From: Lingula anatina
Lineage: Eukaryota; Animalia; Brachiopoda
Assembly (NCBI GenBank): GCA_051362555.1
Contig: CM120640.1
Span: 9,796,001 to 9,860,000 of the forward strand
Direction: 5' to 3'
DNA: 64,000 nucleotides
Numbering within the stretch: the stretch's first letter is position 1; each line of letters opens with the position of its first letter. The position numbers and the translations under genes were made by a program. Positions 1-14,833 of this stretch are shown here, piece by piece. The notes under the pieces were generated by a model. That model was not told the DNA's origin. It saw nothing but the letters and a program-made list of their open reading frames with translations, and did no database searches.

Positions 1-2936
1 CACTTTCCTTTCTTCTTATCACCTTGTATCGAGCTGAGTCACTCATTCCATCAACTTGAAACATAACGGTCTGTCTACAAAATAAAATCTCGCATTCATG
101 CTCGGATACACAATGGTTTGTATTAGTTTATTCCAAATTTACAAATAATAAATGAACTGCACGAAATGAATAATTCACAGATGCCAAACATATCGAGGGC
201 AATCGAGGGTTACACTTCACATACGGTATCATACATAAAATTGCCTTCTTTTAACCAAAAGTAAATAGGACGACTTAGGAAACCTGTGGTGCGTTATCCT
301 TTTCATAATCGAATCAAGAGTATCTCCGTTCTACAAACACCAGAGCGAGATTCGCAAAATACAACCAGACCTTTGATGAACAACCGAAATCGTGATTGTA
401 TTTTGTCGTGATTAATTAGTCTTACATGTCGAAATTTCTGTGCACAAAGTTAGAAATATATAAAAAAGGTCCTGAAATAGTCAGACATGCTGTCACGAGG
501 CCTTGCATAAGATTTCCTACAGAGACGAAGCTGTTATCTATTATGTGATATCTAACCCGAGTCAGATCCCTTGACCGTTGAAATTAAGATCGCTATTTCA
601 CTGTAATTATATTATACCACTCTACAAGGGGTCTTCTCTCAAAGAGTGAGTGGCAGCTTATATTTATTAGCGGAGACAGTAATTTTTGTCAGGAAATGAT
701 GTGGCTGGAAGAACGCTAGACTATAGAAGCCACATTTTTAAATAAATGGGAAAAACAAAGAGAAAGACCTGCAAAATAACCTTTCATTAGAATCCAAGTT
801 ATTTTCTAAGAAATAAACGACAAATAAACCAGTGATGAATCAAATGAACACCTAAATAACAAACCAAAATATTGCGACAGCTTTGAGTGTTTAGCTTATT
901 CTCGATATCAGTGGCAGAGAATCGCCGTAGGTTTGTGAGGTGATGTCCGAGTAGCCTCGATAGTCTCCCAAGTCCTTTCGCCAAGGGGGGTTGTGAGTGA
1001 ATAGGACTGTTCATAACACTGGGAAATGTCATGTAGCCAGTGGCCATCGCATTATGGCGTAAGAAGATCTTGTAAGGGTAAGGTCACTCTCCAGTGGCAC
1101 CCCAGGGCGATTCCCTGGGACTGGTGGCGAGAGTAGGTCAGAAATTGTTCTTTTAGCGTTCGCAAGGCCGGGCCACATGGGATTTTGGTTGCATTTGCTG
1201 GTTTGTCTAAAACGCGAATAAATGACGAAAGCAACCAACGAACGAGACTTGTGAGAGATACTAAAATTTTGTGATCACCGCGGTCGCTGATGTGTCGTAG
1301 CCTGGTGTCAATGGGGCACATAGAGATGCTGTCAGACAGACAAGCGACAATCACATTGGGCAATGGATTAAATAATTAACAAACATCGATCTTCAGTCAA
1401 TGGGTCATGTAATCGTGTGGCAAAATTTATTTCCCATATGTAAAGTATGATGAATAGATTCTAAATTTATGAGTAGAAACTAGATTGATGGTATTGATAG
1501 AACAAGAAGAACACTAAAGTAGGAATGATAACAAAACCCAAATGCCAACTTGATCGTCGCTTTTGGTTGCTGTTGAATTGTAAGGTTCCAAAAAGAAGCT
1601 TCACACGGTATTTGTGGCACATTTCTAATCATTTATGGTATGACGTTAATTTCTTCTCACTAATTCATTCTACGTTCGGGAAAATTAATTGTCCATAGAT
1701 GATTGATCGCGGTCCGTCCTCTACAATATTGAAACCGGCTAGACCAAAGGGGCATTGGCCTTTTAGAAAATTTCTTTGCCTTACTTCCTGTCTGAAAGCA
1801 AATTCAGTATAATTCTATTTGTTTTTTCGTGTAAATCCCCTGTGGAAAAAAGAGATGTTTAAAGCAACCAAATTAAGTTTCTACGCGTCATATTTATGGT
1901 TCAAGAGTGTTAATTTACAAATAAAGTGGTCTATCCAGAGAGAATCCCTCGAAAATGGCACCTTGCGTTGGCAAAATCACATCTGTTACATGCTCCAGAG
2001 GGTTCGTTGAGAAGAGTTCGTCACAACAGCACCAAAACTTGAAACTTTTCCAAAATTTCTTGATAACGTATGTTATGTGGATATCCTTTATGATGATAAA
2101 GGTACCATTTTTTGGATATCACACCAACAGATATTGGCGGCAATGCTATTGGTTGGTCTTATAACTATATGCGGGTGAATTCATTTGGTGGGCTATTGAT
2201 TCCAGCAATACTAAAGCCTTGGAGTTTCAATTTGAGTTTAAAATAAGATATTACGAAATCAATTAGCTAACGAGGTTATTGCAAAACGTTTTATCTATCT
2301 ACATCACAAATAAATGTGTACGCTATGAATACAAATACGATTGAAAATTAGATGAAAAGGTAAATTTCCATTTACTCTATATCTACAGGTTAGCAAGGTA
2401 TAGGTTCCAACAGTTATGAGAGAAACTGCATACGCACCGTCTCAAATTCTGGCACTTGGCAGACACAACAAAAGACCCATTCAGATTTGGAAATGGAATA
2501 TGATTTTCCTACTTAACTTTACCGGCACTATCCATTTAATTCTACTCAATATATGCAAATAATTGCATTCTAATGCACTGGACCCACAGCAATCTGACAA
2601 GTTCCTAACGAATGGGAAAGATCTGGGTAAATGTACTGTTTGTCTTATAACCTTAGTAAGTTCAAATACCGATGTGCATTTCAAAATGGTGGGTTAATGA
2701 TACCAAGGTACTAATGCGTTTCCGAATATTTCTAGTGTTCGATTGCCCCAAGGGATTTTTATTTAATTCATGAAGTCACTTCTTTGAAAATGCAGGAAAT
2801 GCTTAACAACAGATTCCAAGCTTATCTTGTTCTAAAACGGTTCGTCAGTCACGCTTGGCTGCGATCTTCGACGTATTCATCGTATGGTTTCCGATCAAAA
2901 TACAGAGCAAATGATGGACTACATGTATAATGTCAA

Positions 2937-2957
2937 CCCCCCCCCCCCCCCCCCCCC
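2937..2957. repeat. poly-C tract (21 nt)
   Basis: Homopolymer run. Confidence 0.95.
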
Positions 2958-5900
2958 ATGATAAATGGGTTCAGTTGATTCCTGGAGATCGCACGAAGAT
3001 CAGTACATGTATTTCTTAATCGATTTTTATGTTAATATACCTAGTTCTTTATTATAAATTTTTTTCAAATTTCATTATTTTAAGTGAGATGAGATCTTGC
3101 ATGAAAACAAGTAGAATATTTGAGAACCAACCAGATTCTTATTAATTAAAAATAAAAACGGTGAATGTAACCAAGGATACCATTACTAAGTCACGATCCG
3201 TTGCTCTTGTGATAATTATAATAATGGACCTTACATGACCATTATATTCATCTTTGGAATTACAGCTGTATAGCATGCTCCTATAGCTTACGGTCAATTT
3301 ACCATTAATTTCAACCCAATCTCAGACTCGTCTGAAATAAGAAATAAAATTTTCTTTGTACGACATAATTCAAGTTCACCCCCTCCCCAGAAAAAATAAT
3401 CTACACGCGTTATGCTTTGAGGTAAAACCATACTCAGTTAAAAGGGAGACTTGATTTGCACATAAATTTATAGGTTTACTGCTGACACACGACTTACCAG
3501 GCACATGCAGGTGTAAAAACATACACGACACCTCTTAAATGGTATAGTAGTGTATTTTTACTGAAATTTGGTCTATTATAAACACAAGACTCAGAAGATC
3601 AAATAAAACTTAACCCATTATATCATGGTGGTGTTTTAAAGGAAGACGTGAAATAAAATTTGGCCACCTTCCGAACGACCCTGCAACGTAGTATAGCATA
3701 TCTAATAAACTGCACTACACGATATGGACACCGAAAAATATCTACAAGGCAATTGGTATAAAATAAGTTACGGCGGCTGTTTTGGTATCTCATAGGCAAT
3801 AACCATGACAAACATTCGAAATCAACAGGGTCATAGTTTCAACGCATATCACCCAACTTGTTTATACTTCATAGAAAACTAAATAAAAGGTATTTCCCTA
3901 CCAAACGTACTTACCGAGAGAAAAAAATTCAACCTTCATTTCATTTTCACCGGCGGTGAGTTATCTTTCAAAATATGAACCAAGTGCAAAGGCCTTCCGC
4001 TGGCATCACCTTTCCGTGAAAAGAATACTGCGGAAGATTCTAAATGACCATAAAAGACCCACGCTGATCAGCTGTATTTTTTAATCACTTTTTGCCATGT
4101 GGAATTCACAATGATATTAACGGCTCCCTCGCCTTATGATAGGTATGTGCGGCCAGCTCACAAAAGTGACGTCAAGCGAGTATTTGGTCTGATGAGTTTT
4201 GTATGAAGAGCATTAAGCCGCTAAGGACATGCCTGAACAAGGGAGAAAAAATCGTTAGTTTTCAGGCTCGTGTCTTCATTCTAATCCTCGAAACGTTTGA
4301 ACAACGATCGTGTTCGTTTCAGTAGATCTTAACTCTTTTCATCCATCATAGATCTCATGAATCAGAATTGCCTTATTCTGCAGATAAATCGGTTATTATT
4401 ATTTTTTCTTATGCTTTTCATCTTTATGCCTAGAACAGATTGTAAAATTGACGTTTACCCTAACATGTTTCTTTTGTGGTTGATGCTGCATTTTTTATGA
4501 TCATAAACATTAGAACTATACAAATGTAGCTGAACATCAAGACAGCACAAAAGGCAAAACTAATGGTTATCTAATCTAATGTATAGAATACCCTGAAGTA
4601 ATGTGAGCTGGCGTTGCACAAAATTTCCAGTGAATAGGAGAACTCTGCGAAGCGTTTCGCTTATCTTGATAAAATGACCAGAGAGCTTTACATATGCAAT
4701 TCGTTTACTTTGTGTAGAGAAATGGGAATTGAAGCCAATGTTCTCCTTCACGGCAAGAATATAAGATCCGTTGAGAACGTCGCCATTCCATAAAAATGAG
4801 AAAAAAGTATACGTTTCAACGATGGTGAGAAAGGTATAAGACACGCATTACTCACATTAGTGGAATAACATTATACTTACAGAAGCACACTACCTTATTC
4901 AAAATAATGGCCCATGATCACTATGTGACATGAGTATTGGAAAAGGGCCAATTCAAATTCCTTCTTACATTCATTCAATAACATGGCAAAACTTGCCTCT
5001 TCTTACTTAACAGAACAGTGTTTTATCTGTGCCCTAGTCGCCGGCTGTATCTTTCATTTTGTACCTCTTAGAAACAAGATAATCAACGACATGATAAAGA
5101 CATGTTAAGTATTGACGAGTAGATTATCCCTCATCTTCATCTTCCAACTTACCATCGTATCTTTTAAACTTATGCCAAATTATTCCAAGCTTTCAGGCTT
5201 CCGGTGATCCGTTAAATGATAGTGTAAGATAACGAAATGTAGCTTTACTCTCGCCCGTAATTGTTTTCAGATTCTGTAGAGAAAATCCCATTCACTCTAA
5301 ACATACTGGCCACCTCTTCTAAAGTAGCCAACACATGCTTTTGTAACGCCGATATTTCTTTGCTTTGCACCCAGTTATAATGTGCGTATGAAACATTTTA
5401 GCCAAAATATCTGTTTACAGATGCTACCGTCTTGACTTTTGAAGCCCGGCTTAAGAATTATCAGCGTGTTTTAATTATCTAAGTTAAAGGCACCTGGCGC
5501 ACCTGACAGCAAGATGGTCAATCCTATAAACCGACCACCTCGAACTGGGCACAGTATGCCTAAGAGAGGCCAATCAAAAGAAGTATTTATAAAGACAGCG
5601 TGTTGTACATAACCAGATTACGACACCACGAAGATACAGAAAAATGTGTTTGCATTGGCTACGTTCTCACACACCCGGCACTCGTTCAGATTAACTTTTC
5701 TTTACTTTTCATAAAACTAAGTTATATTGCTGATATTTGGTTGATCGTTAAAAAAAGCAGTCAAAGCCCGTTGTCTGTTAGATTTTGTAGAAACCTACTT
5801 TGCCAAAACAGTCTAAGCAACTGTTCGATTTCTTTATGCATACATTTATAACACGGAGCCTTCCAATTTGATTACTAGCAGAAGGTGAAGGCATGGAATA

Positions 5901-6913
5901 GTTCTGAATTGTACCAAAGGTTCCTGTGAGTGTCTGGTTAGGGAATTCTACGATCTAATCTTAAAAAGCTAATTTGATCTTCAGAAGGACCAGATGTCAA
6001 ATGCACCACCAGGAGAAACTCTTCCTGGATTCCATCCATTGCCTAAATCTCTTAGAATTATACTGGTTGAAGATTAGATTAACGCCCCAAGAGGCATTGT
6101 AAAATTGCTATAAATGTCGGAAGCTAACCTTGATAAGATATTATTGGCAATTCGTCTACTTATGTGAAAGCATGTTCCCCATGAAGACGTTGATTTAGCA
6201 ACCGGCACAATATCGTGCCAAAAAGCATTACGTAACTCAATATAGGGGAATGGGACATATATCAGCCATTAGTTTTTTTAGATGAAAGCATATACAAAAA
6301 GGGGAAGAAGAATCCAAGAATCCAATCGAATGCCGACCTACACATTAACATTTTCTGTTTTAGCTCTGCATATTTCCAATGTCTAATCTATACTTAACGG
6401 GATTTTTGTCTCAGCAAATCAGTCAGAAAAACAGACACTGTGGAATGAAAAGGTGTTTCCTTTCTTTTACTTTAAAAGAAATGTTATATGTAGAATTACA
6501 GTCATTAAATATAAACCATTTAGATCGCCAGTTATGCAAAAGCGTGTACTTTAATGGGCCTAGTGGTGTCATTCTGTCAGCTACACAGATTTACCTCCAA
6601 AGTATGCTTTGAGCAAACATAGCTTAATTATATATACTGCCAAAAAAAGGCAAGTTTTTGTTTTGTCCACAGTGCTTCAACATCCACAAAAATGCACGTT
6701 TGTCTGGTCACGGTATTCAGTGACAGAACCACTAATTCAGTAGGGTACTGATGCGCTTGAGTGATTCCAGACTATGTTTAGCTTTAGATTTTTAGACATA
6801 TTTTCTGAACACTAATTGGGATAAATGTCTTGCAGATATCAGTCGTCCATGATTAATGCTTGTGGACGCTGGAGTCAGAAAACCAACTTAAGAAGACTGA
6901 TTTCCAAGTTGAA

Positions 6914-7579
6914 ATCACGCCACGGCTGTCTGAACTGGACAGGGTCGTGTCATTAGCCATTGCCATTGGCACAGTGTTATGCTTTGGGCGGGCAAAAGTG
7001 GTATTTGCCAGACGGAACTCATGGTGATTGCCTTGATTGGTGGAATGTTAACATCATGCCATGGCTGTCTGATCTGAACAGAGGTCGTGTCATTGCCCAT
7101 TGCTATTGGCACAGTGTTATGGTTTGGGCGTGCATAGGTGCCAATTTCCACAACATAACTCGTGGTGATTGCAGTGATTGATGGAAATCTGACTGGCCAG
7201 CGGTACAGAGATGAAGTCCAGCTGTTTTGCCATCCATGCATCAATACCCAACTCTACGCTTGCTCCAGAAAGGCAACGCCCTTTCCCATACTGTCAGGAT
7301 AGCACAGGCGTAGCTGCAGCAGGAGCAGATCCAGACTCTTCTGTGTCCAGCGTTTAGCCCAGACATGTCTCCCATTGACCATGCCTGGGATGAACTGGGC
7401 AGACGATTTCATAAGCGCCAGCCACAGCCTCCCACCGTATTAGACTTTTAACTCTTAAAAGAACTGCATTGGTGGAAGAATGAAGGATGCCCCAGGTCCA
7501 CATTCGAGGTCTCGCGCGGTCCATGAGGAGGAGGGTATAAGCATTTATTGCAGCCAAGAGATTGCTTACATGTTACTGA
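6914..7579 (+). mobile_element. Decayed, internally deleted Tc1/mariner (Tc1-like) transposase remnant
   Basis: Frameshifted fragments SVMVWACI, DGNLTGQRYRDEV, LLQKGNALSHTVR (cf. FQQDNARPH), CPAFSPDMSPIDHAWDELGRR (cf. WPaxSPDLNPIEHxW) and SMRRRV*AFIAAKRLLTCY* (cf. SMxRRxxAVIxAxGGxTxY). The second catalytic D and the E are substituted. No convincing TIR pair found. Confidence 0.85.
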
Positions 7580-10077
7580 ATAACATACTACAATTTATAC
7601 AACACTATTGTATGAAAAAATAAATTTAAAAATAGATTAAAACCATAGATACAGCTATAATAGATATAGCTTTTAACGTGAAATATTTTTGGGTTAATGG
7701 CGAAAGTTATTTTTCACTCCCCCTGTTTTACAAATGGTCTTTTCAAAAAACGAATATTCTTCGTGTTGTTGTCCTAGGAAAGAAGAAACATCAAAGACGT
7801 CAGAGATGATGAAAAGAAAACGTATATTTATCTAGAAAAGGTAATCTGTCTCCGGGCCTCAAACTGCTAAACCTACGATTTAATCAATATCTGTTCGAAT
7901 ATCCGTTTTGCTCTTCCATTTGAAGGTTTGAATCTTATCAGGACAAAAAATACCCTGCAGAAAATTTCAGACAAATTGGTATTTTTATATAATGGACATG
8001 CGTGAAACATGTGTTCGCCATGTATAGGTGAAAATAAAAAAAGTGGTATGATGTTTGAATGCAATAACGTTTGTAGACAATTAGATTTAGTAATTCAGTA
8101 GTGTGCGGCATATGTCTGTAGGTACTGTTACTTTGTATAATAGCTGGAAGAAAACGCATAGTCAAACAATGGGAACTACATGTATATCGGATAATGAATA
8201 AAACATGAGTGGGAAAATAACCAACTGGCAAGGCACCCATGGCACAAAAAATGCTCCCAGAATCTGTTATTATATCTAACCATTGCTAGCTAGCATATGT
8301 ATATTCTTCAAAAACATTGCTATTTGGCATTAAGATAATAAAAAGGCATATGCGAGTGCAGATAAAATAAAAGGGAAAAACTTCTGTCAAGTTTGTTTTG
8401 CAACTGCCTGCCAATTCTACTTTCTATTGGCTGCTTATAGCTGACAATTGCCAATTATAATTTGATGTTGTAAATAATGATGGGTAATGTTATGTTATTT
8501 TGATAAAAGCCATCCTTATGTTCCCAACAGGACCTATCAAATGTGCATATTTTCATCTGCCTTTATTCATTTTTCAATTAACAAAACGTTAATTTTTCTA
8601 AGCATTCATTTAAATAGGAACACATTGCAATGATACTTGAATTTAATGGACCCCCTAAAAATTACATTAGGAATTGGGTAACTTGTTTCTTTGAACCTTC
8701 AGACATGTAAAAGGCATTTTATATAAGTATATATTATGCGTATTATGTGTATGTACTATGTACAGTACGTGCTGCACTGCACCATAAACCATGATGTCTA
8801 TTACATTTTTTTGCCCTAACGAGCAGGTTATTGCCATAAAAACCATTTAAACATTTGTCATTTATAATAAACTGAGATAATTAAACATTTGACAGATTGA
8901 GTTATTTTAAGTTAACTTGATGTTGTTCACTATCGGAAGCTAAAGGGAAATTTTATGCAATTATGTCCAATATGGGGCGGCACACTGAGAAGGTGATCCT
9001 CATTTCTGTTCAGTTTAACATGTCCAGCAGTCTCAAATATTTTCATATATGCTCGTGAACTGAAATCAGGTGAATCTACGAGTGTATAGAATTTCAACCT
9101 CATTTCTAAGGTCGCTGAAACATTTGAAGATTCTCAAGATATCACATAAAAAGGTGATCTGAAATGCCTCCTGCAAGTGGTGAAACATATAACTCTGAAG
9201 GACACACACTTAGTAGGGCCCATTAAATACGTTAACGCCAGGCATCACTATCATGAAATGGTTCCAGAGAAAACGCTTCGGAGGATTAACAGGAAACGCA
9301 TTGAAGTCTTCGAAAACCCGTCTGTCTGTTGTGGTGTTTTAGATCAATGATTTTTTGCTCTTTCATCTTCTAGGAGATGGCACTTGGATGGTATAGGTCA
9401 TTTCAAAAGAATTACCACAAAGTAGATAAAAACTCACCTGACTAACCTAAAGCACATTTGAAACTTTGAATATGTTCCTATCTGTTATAGCAGTTGAAAT
9501 TAACGATACAAACCACTTTCGTCTAAATACAGTACCACAGAGGTGATTTTCAATGAGGCTAGGGCCTAAAAATGAGCACAGTAATTCACGGGGTTGCACA
9601 GGGTGGGCCCCCATTTTCTAACTCCCCATCTGTTATAGAGATGCTCATCATATACATTGGGCTTGATAGTACAGAGTTGATATCAGAATCTTTAAGAGAG
9701 GTTAACGTAAGATTAAAAGGAGATAAAACAAATTTAGCCTCAGCTGCAGAGAGAGAGCAGAAGGCACTCAGCTGTATATATACATATATACTTTTCGTGG
9801 AAAATCACCCTTCAGTGAACGAACGTAAGAACAATTCCATTCGTTTAATGAGTAATTTACATTTTCCAATGAATCTACGGCAGTCTTGCTGGTCTGGTAA
9901 TTAGCATGACGTTTATCTAGCTGAAAGGCAATCATTTACGGTAAGTAATGAAAATGTTTCTGCAAGCCCCAATGATATTTACATACCATTATAATTTATC
10001 TTAATTGGATTGTATCAACGTGAAGTTATTGGTCATTTTGTGACCTTTATTTGTTTATATGTTATTTATTCATTTAC

Positions 10078-10109
<32 letters not shown>
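10078..10109. repeat. (TTA)n microsatellite
   Basis: About 10 perfect TTA units. Confidence 0.95.
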
Positions 10110-13100
10110 GAAGAATACGTTTAGTTAACACTGGATAGGTCTTGGTGACATCAGTCTGGCGACCTCTAAGTGAAAAAATGACAAAATCCATATAAAATGC
10201 TTTTGTGCAGATATTGTGACAGTAAAACCAACTGCGCGACACCATATAAATAAGGCGATAGCATATTAGCGGGTATTAGTTGAAACTGGATAACGTGTTA
10301 ATGGACCTATCATTTGAACCAGCCCATCCTTTTTTCTCCAAGCAATGAGATAATGCCTAACGGGGAGCAAGAAGGTGAAACTGCACCTCAGCGATCAACA
10401 GCTCGCCTTATCGATTCCATTAATCGAACTTAGACACGTGGCGTGCAGAGATCGATCCAAGAAAGTTTATAAAAATAAAACATAACGAACCCTTTACACG
10501 GGTTATCCCAGCAGCCTCGAGTCAACACCTGCGGAATCATGGAAGAATTCCACCTAAAAAAATTCCCACCACATGTCATTATATTACACCTTGAAGCTCA
10601 GTTTAAAAAGGGTGAAAATTGGCCATTTTGTACACTAAGGGCCCTCTTCCTGGTGAGCTGATCTAATCTGTCGTTAATGATCACACTAATGGGTCTTCGC
10701 GGGTTTCTCGATCTTACATTATCGACGTTCAGTCTGCTACTGTCGCCTTCGCTAATAATTCACTCAGATCCCACATGTCTGAGTCAGGTAAAGTTGCCAC
10801 TCCAAGTGTAACAATTCGCCGAAGTTTGTAACCTAGCTTTGATGCGCACATGTAACATATGATCTAACTCACATATCAGTGGATCACATTTTATTAAGCC
10901 TGCGTCTTTCCGCTCACTGGTGTAATTTCTTCGTTAAATTTAGAAGTCTACTATGTCTCTGGGGTGAAATAGTGAGACCTGAGGCGAACAATTTAAATTA
11001 CGGCAGAGAGAGATAGTGAAACATCTGCATCTAAGTCACGGGAGCAAAAAAAAAAAAACAGTAATGCTTGTGGGAAACTTACAACCAGGCTATGAGAAGA
11101 CCCAACCTGAAATACACAGGACTGGCGGTGTCTTTCCAGCTACTAGGGTTGATAATAGAAAGTCGCCATCAGCTCACTGAAGTACAGGGCGGGTAGAAAT
11201 GGCTGCAAGGAAGATAAGCTAACATTGCCAAGTCCTCTTTCATTTTATTCATCACAATAATATGCATGATTTGAAGATTTTCAGCGGACAGGTTTTTCTA
11301 TAATGATTTCAAGTATGCGAAATATGCCCCAAAAAATTAATAGCATACACAGTAAAAGACTCGTATCACTTCCAATGATGCAAGAAGAAAATAAGACTAG
11401 ACTTGTGAAATGGAATATTATTCCTAAAAGCGAGCATAAGCCTTATGCCAGTGCTTGAATAGATCGAGGCAACGAACAGTTTATTTCTACCTATACTAGT
11501 AACATCTGATCAACGGTCATCACTGTTCTGTTTGTTTTCTGTTATCAGTTAGAATAAAATATATTCCAACATATATACATGTACCACGTGCAATAGATTT
11601 GACGTTAAAAATAAATGAAAAAAAAGCATTCGAATTTGAGATCGCAAATACAGATTCATAATTGCGAGGGATAACAATGTTGGATCCGATCCAAATACAA
11701 AATTTCGCAAACGCTTTGATTGTGGTCTTTGGCATGAATTGACCTTAAATACCACGAGAAAGTGTCTAAAATATCTTCAAATTCTGCTCAATGAGTATTT
11801 TGGGGTTGGGTAATGGTTACCAATGTATACAGTGAATTTCTTCAAATTTTTATGACATTTTTACGGTGCAAGTAATACAAAGAGGTGAAATATCTACCTT
11901 CTGCTGCTGTATCCGTCGCGTGTGTAAATGGACTGTACACACTCTATGCCAACGAGCACCGAATAGACGCAAGCAGCACTTGTGGTCCGCAGCTGAACAC
12001 AAATAGAACCATCACCTTGCTACAGTATTCATCAAGGTTTCACACCTGCGAGATTCGTGCCAATACAAAGAAAAATCTCGATGGAAGTTTAATAACCTCG
12101 AATCCTATAGTTCTCAAGGGTTATTGTAGATATTTGATTAAGTGTCATCGATTCTTTGTTATATGTGCACGAAAGCTTGTTTAACTCTGGAAGAAGGAAG
12201 TGGCAGGGTTAATGCAGATGAATAGTAGAAAACTGTTCAGCATTCGTGGTGATTAAGACATCAGCAGGTTTACGTTAGAAATTAGTTCGATTGACTTCTT
12301 TTTATTTTTTTATTGACTTGTACAAGTGCACTGTACTTGAATTGGTTGTTGAAGAGGTTTCACATTGACAATGAAACGTTTCTTACATAAGTTATATCTT
12401 ACTTAGTTTATGATAAAAGAAACTTTGAAACAATGGTACGTAAATGTACGCGGTGTGCGCTATAACAATTGAGGCAACAAACACTGGAATTCAGATACAG
12501 TCTTGAGCACATAATTAAGACTATGTTCTGATTACTGAGTGGGCATATATTGACCACAGGTAGAATAACACTGGTGGAAGAAAACCCTTTGTTTTAAACA
12601 CATTTCACGGAGTATGTTGGCAAGATGTATAAATATCTCAAAGGTGCAAGGAGCATACCGAATAAGCAAATACCTCTTTCCAAGTAAAAATAAAAATAAA
12701 CAACCAATTTAAATGTCGTACACCTGACTTAACTTGGCCAAAACTACATAACAGTATCTCAAAAAAAAAACTGAATTCCTAACACATAGTTTCAAATCAT
12801 TTGTCAAAGATAAGACTAAATTTCTTATTTTGACAGTACGGTGCTATTTCTAGTTAAAAAAAAAAAACTTTCTGATTACAAGGAGTACTAAAAAAAACGA
12901 ATTTGTAAGTAATAAAAAAATCATTAAACTTATTAGATTCATCCTATGTCACATTGTTGTGGCACAATTAGAGAACGTTTATTTTTACAGCTATGGACCC
13001 GCTAAATCGCAATAGCCTCTTTTTAAACCTGTAGTTTCTCATCATTCTTCTAACAAAAACGTATGTGTCGAGATTTACCGCATCTTTCTGAATTACATTT

Positions 13101-14833
13101 ACTCCCAGTGTTGCAATTGCGTTAGTTGAGCTACAGGTACAATTCGGTGTTGACGCAATCCAGTTTTGATTCTCTTATTGGTTGTCCCAAGAAGTTATAA
13201 CTTCTTGGTTGTCCTCAGTCGCAATTGCCCGATGTACTGAACAACTAGATGGAGTTTTACAATATCATATTTTGAAGTTGTTTCTTATATTTCAGGGGTA
13301 TCAAAGTTGGGATAGGCACACATGGATATTAAAACATCCCCAAAAAGGTCTTGTAGTTCTTCCTAATATGTTCTTAGCATCAGAATACAGCTGAAGACTA
13401 CTGCAAGATGTATTAAGCTGTAGCCCACTATTCGGTCTTTTTAAATCACAAGTTTTATCTAACATAACATAAAACCCCATGACAGAAATGACTGGTGGTG
13501 CTATTTTAAGGATGTTTCATCTCGTCTTACCTAATAACTAATATATACAATCATTTTCACTTTGAATTAGGCACCATGAAACGTCTTTGGTGAATCTAGC
13601 TTTATCCTAATTAGTCGGAAATAGTATCATTTCGAAAATGTTAATCCAATGAAATGTTAATCCAGTGAATGAAATCATATAACCCCATGTAATGAAATTA
13701 ATCATTTCAAAAACGGCGACACAGGAGATATTAATTAACGATCACGCTTAGCAAAAATTGTTAATTGCATCCGAAAGAGACGGAAACATAGTAAATCAAA
13801 GTAAAACAAAAATGTTAAGGAACCTTTCTAGTCATTAAAGATAAGGTTGACTGAGGCTTTTATCCTCCTATCACAGCCCATTGCTGCGTTTAACTTTGCC
13901 AAGATTATGCGAAGATTAAAATTCTTTGCTCGCTTATTTACTTTAAACAAATATGCAAAAAGAGCACTTGAAAACGCCACAATCAAATCGTGATAATCAC
14001 TACTACTGCGAACCGGATTATCAGAAGAAAAGATATGGTCGCCAAAGCTTTTAGAAGTAGATCTGCAAAAAGAGTAAAGTTCAGCATGAATGAGGGGCTG
14101 ATGACGTTTAAGCTGACGTTGCAGGCCGAATGTAAACTTGTAAATGACGTAGAACGTTAAATAAATCATGAGATAGATGTTTTCAGTGTCTCACGAGGAC
14201 CAGGGATGCTGCGTCAATCTTTTGTGGCTTTAATCCTCGGGTCACTTGTAAAACAATCGTATCGGCTACGATATGGTTACAAGTAATCAACACGGTGCCA
14301 AGTTGTATGGACGGTGAGATAAAGACACCTGTGTTCAACTGTGTAAACCTCGGCGGATTAATTCGGTTATAAGAATGAAAATAGGTCAATATAAAAACCG
14401 TACTTACACAAAAGTTGGCATTGCACGCTGTAACTCTGACGCTGACTCTCACAATCTACATTCAGTGACTTAAACACCACAGGGAATGATACAGGTCTAA
14501 GCAAGATGAGTTATATCACCACGACTGAAAATGTCATTGACAAGATTACCAAACCCAAAGATGCCAATTGCAAGTGATTTATTAGTTTGTGTTTGCTATT
14601 GTGAAGTAGCTCGACGAGGTGACAGGAAAATGCTTTAGATGGACGAGATAGACGTGAAGATAAAGAGATGAACAGCACAACGAGACACAAATAAGTTGTG
14701 CACATAATAGCATAAAACACAAATTGACTGTGTATTAACTTTTTTAAGGATTATTCAAAAGGAAAACTAATCCACCCATTTCAAAGAACCAACTGAATAA
14801 AACAAAACGCAGTTAAGCATTTTTCTCAAGGAT

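Noticed and set aside
6631-6652. tatatactgccaaaaaaagg as left TIR of the Tc1 remnant
   Set aside because: No complementary right TIR downstream of the transposase fragments.
13840-13892. tatcacagccc resembling the miR-2/13 seed region
   Set aside because: The 3' half does not match known miR-2 sequences and the 5' arm pairs poorly; no credible pre-miRNA hairpin.
799-14720. Numerous 60-113 aa ORFs in the left region
   Set aside because: Mostly non-ATG starts, no recognisable motifs, and lengths expected by chance; only those overlapping the Tc1 remnant are meaningful.
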